From Raja brachyura (taxonomy: Eukaryota), in the NCBI GenBank assembly GCA_963514005.1, contig OY740805.1, forward strand, positions 42,036,001 through 42,100,000: a stretch of DNA of 64,000 nucleotides, given 5' to 3'. The notes under the pieces are model-generated. The model searched no databases. It saw nothing but the letters and a program-made list of their open reading frames with translations, and was not told where the DNA came from. Position 1 is the stretch's first letter, and each line of letters opens with the position of its first letter. A program made the translations under genes and the position numbers. This document shows positions 61,601-64,000 of the stretch, piece by piece.

Positions 61601-64000
61601 ACTGATGGGTTGGATATAATGATGGGTTTAAAGCAATCACTAACATTGCATTGTCTGGGTCTCTTCCTTCGGGGGGGTGGGGGGGTGCGACTTTTCTGTT
61701 GTATTCCCCGTCTTCGCTTCCGTCTGCGCCGGGGCCTAGTGGCGAGGCTGGCGGCCTCGGGCCTCGGGGCTATCCCAGCGGCGGCGGCGACCCGACTCGG
61801 ACCCGGAGCAGTTCCAGCGGCGGCGGCGGCAGCAGCGGCAGCAAACTGACTTGGTCCCGGAGCGGTTCCAGCGGCGGCGGTGGCCCGGCTCGGTCCCGGA
61901 ATGGTTCCGGCGGCGGCAGCGGCAGCAGCGGAGGCAGCCCGGCTCGGTCCCAGAGCTGTTCCAGAAGTGGCGGCGGTGGCCCGGCTCGGCCCCGGGACGG
62001 TTCCGGCGGCGGTGGCGGCCCAGCTCAGTCCCGGAGCGGTTCCGGCAGCGGTGGCGGCCCAGCTCGGTCCCAGAGCGGTTCCAGCAGCAGCAGCGGCAGC
62101 AGCAGCCCTGATCCGTCCCAGGGCGGTTCCAACAACGGCGGCGGCGGCAGCAGCGGCCCGGCTCGGTCCCAGGGCGGTTCCAGCAACAGCGGCGGCAGCA
62201 GCGGCCCGGCTCGGTCCCGGGGCGGTTCCAGCAACAGCGGCGGCGGCGACGACCTGACTCGGTCCCGGAGCGGTGGCGGCAGCAGTGGCAGCGGCCTGAC
62301 CGCGACCAAGGGCCCAGTGGAATACCATCACCCGGTGGGGTCACACTGAGGCCTGGATCGCCTCGGTGCAGAGGGAAACAAAGAGGGAAGAGACAGAGAC
62401 TTTAAGACTTTGCCTTCCATCACAGTGGGGAGATGTTTGGTGAACTCACTGTGGTGGATGTTGGGTTTGTGTTTGTTGTGTGTTCTGTCATTTTTAAAAG
62501 GATTGTATGTATGACTGCAGGGGAACGATGTTTCGTTCAGACCAAAAGGTCTGAATGACAAATAAAGAATCTAATCTAATCTAATCTAATGCTTACCCAC
62601 CATTGTAGCTCAATTTTAGCCTTGATTTTAGCAGCTGCATAGGTCTGTCAAAGTGTCCAGCATTTGCTTTTAATGCTGAAATTTTTGCTCTTTGCAAATT
62701 TTGATAATGTAATGGGCCAAATTGCGCAGCTGGAAATGTAGCTACAAGTTTCCCAATTACCTTAGCAGCGTGTCTGATATTCTGTACCCTGGCGCAAGGA
62801 AGGCGGTTACATGCCTCTTTTATATCTATTGCTTTGCTGGCTGGGATAGTGACAATCATTTGATTGGTGTTAATAGTGAATCCCAGGTAGTCCATGACCA
62901 TAGACGGGTTGAAGTTAGATTTGTCTGGATGGATAACAAACCCTAGTTTCTCGAATAACGTTTTGGTGGCTGTTACTGCTAGTTCAGCTAGTTCCAGGGT
63001 TTTCCCCGCAATTAAGATATCGCCTAAATATGCCATGACTATATAATTACGTTGTCTAAGGGATGCCAATATTGGTTTTAATTTTTTTGTAAATAACCTA
63101 GGGGCTGTGGTAAGTCCATTGGGTAGGGCTTTGTATTGCCACAGTTGCCCATCCAGACAAATTTTAAGCATTTCCGGTGGTGTTCTTTTATAGGTACTGG
63201 ATAGTATGCATCTTTTAAATCGATGCAGGCCATAAAGTACCCTCGGGAAATCAGCAGTTTAGCCGTTTCAAATGTCTCCATCTTGAAATGGGTATATTGT
63301 ACAAAAGTATTTAAATGGGTTAGATCAATGATAATCCGGCATCTACCATCTTTTTTGGTTTTTGTAAAGATGTTGGACACAAATTCAAAAGGTCAATGTG
63401 TCGTTTTCTCTATTATCCCTCTGGCAGATAGCCTTAATATTTCCGCAAGTCCTTCCTCTTTCTCTTTTTCGAGAGAGTGCAAGTTTGCGGCCAGGTACAT
63501 GTTGAGTTGGGGGAAGACGCCCATTGATAAATTCTATCTCGTAACCCTGAAGACTTTGTAGAATAAAGTATCCGAAGTTATAGCACCCCATGCATCCCAG
63601 AATGCACGCAACCTTCCTCCTACTTGTGAGGTTATGCATGCAGCTTTCTTGAAAGAACCAGACCCCCTTACCTCCATGGCTACCGGTGGGGCTTGGTGTT
63701 CTGGGATTTTGGTGGACGTTGTGTTGCTGGGGTGGGGTTTTGGCGCATCTTCCATGCTGGCCTCTGTTGGCCCTGCCCTAAAGAAGGCTTCTGCTGATGG
63801 GGAGCGGTCGGTGGGTAAGCTCTCGGTGCCCTATCCGGTTGTCCCCGAGGCTTGGAGTTAGGGTACGGATGGTGTCTCCGGTACGCCTGTGGCGTGGTTG
63901 ACGACGGAGGTTTCGTCAGTTCGACTGCTTTGGCCTCCTCATCCAACTCTTTGACCTGTTTAGGTAGGTCCTCCCCGAACAGCTGCCTGGGCGGTGGTGT
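58619..64000 (-). mobile_element. DIRS retrotransposon copy B (defective, runs off window)
   Basis: Same domains and shared lesions as copy A. Lacks the LTR insertion. Confidence 0.93.
61650..62589 (+). mobile_element. Non-coding retroposon with internal GC-rich repeats and (AATCT)n tail, specific to DIRS copy B
   Basis: Absent from copy A (empty site near 47440). AATAAA then (AATCT)n, flanked by TGC. Confidence 0.8.

Larger units (their letters stand above)
55971..64000 (-). repeat. Inverted duplicate of 43901-53399
   Basis: Mirror-image ORF pairs (43826/63680, 44524/63078, 49100/59475, 49677/59198, 51742/57553). Confidence 0.95.

Overview
Eukaryotic, repeat-rich vertebrate DNA. The repeat repertoire (CR1, Rex/Babar, L2 and L1 LINEs, Penelope-like elements, tRNA-derived SINEs, DIRS) and the style of the B30.2 exon point to a cartilaginous fish, probably a skate or ray (inference). 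The main gene is an apparently intact 8-coding-exon butyrophilin (BTN/BTNL)-like gene on the + strand (ATG 10987, stop 32334; 473 aa by exon arithmetic: leader, IgV, IgC, TM, three 33/27/27-bp juxtamembrane exons, B30.2/PRY-SPRY). It is preceded by a GC-rich region with an ISRE-type motif and surrounded by orphan paralogous exons (a second TM exon and two decayed B30.2 exons). The left end has about 45 copies of a 35-bp minisatellite carrying the GTCACGTGAC E-box/CLEAR palindrome, abutting a frameshifted TDP2-like first exon. The right third is a large inverted duplication (43901-53399 vs 55971-64000, centred on a 200-N gap). Each arm holds a dead DIRS retrotransposon (gag, RT/RNase H, methyltransferase, tyrosine recombinase, ICR/ITR), a GGGGTT-rich G4 satellite and the terminal CKK-domain exon of a divergent CAMSAP-like gene, and the arms carry different nested insertions. 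Penelope ends carry minimal hammerhead-ribozyme motifs. Most long ORFs in the track are artefacts of tandem repeats or N runs.
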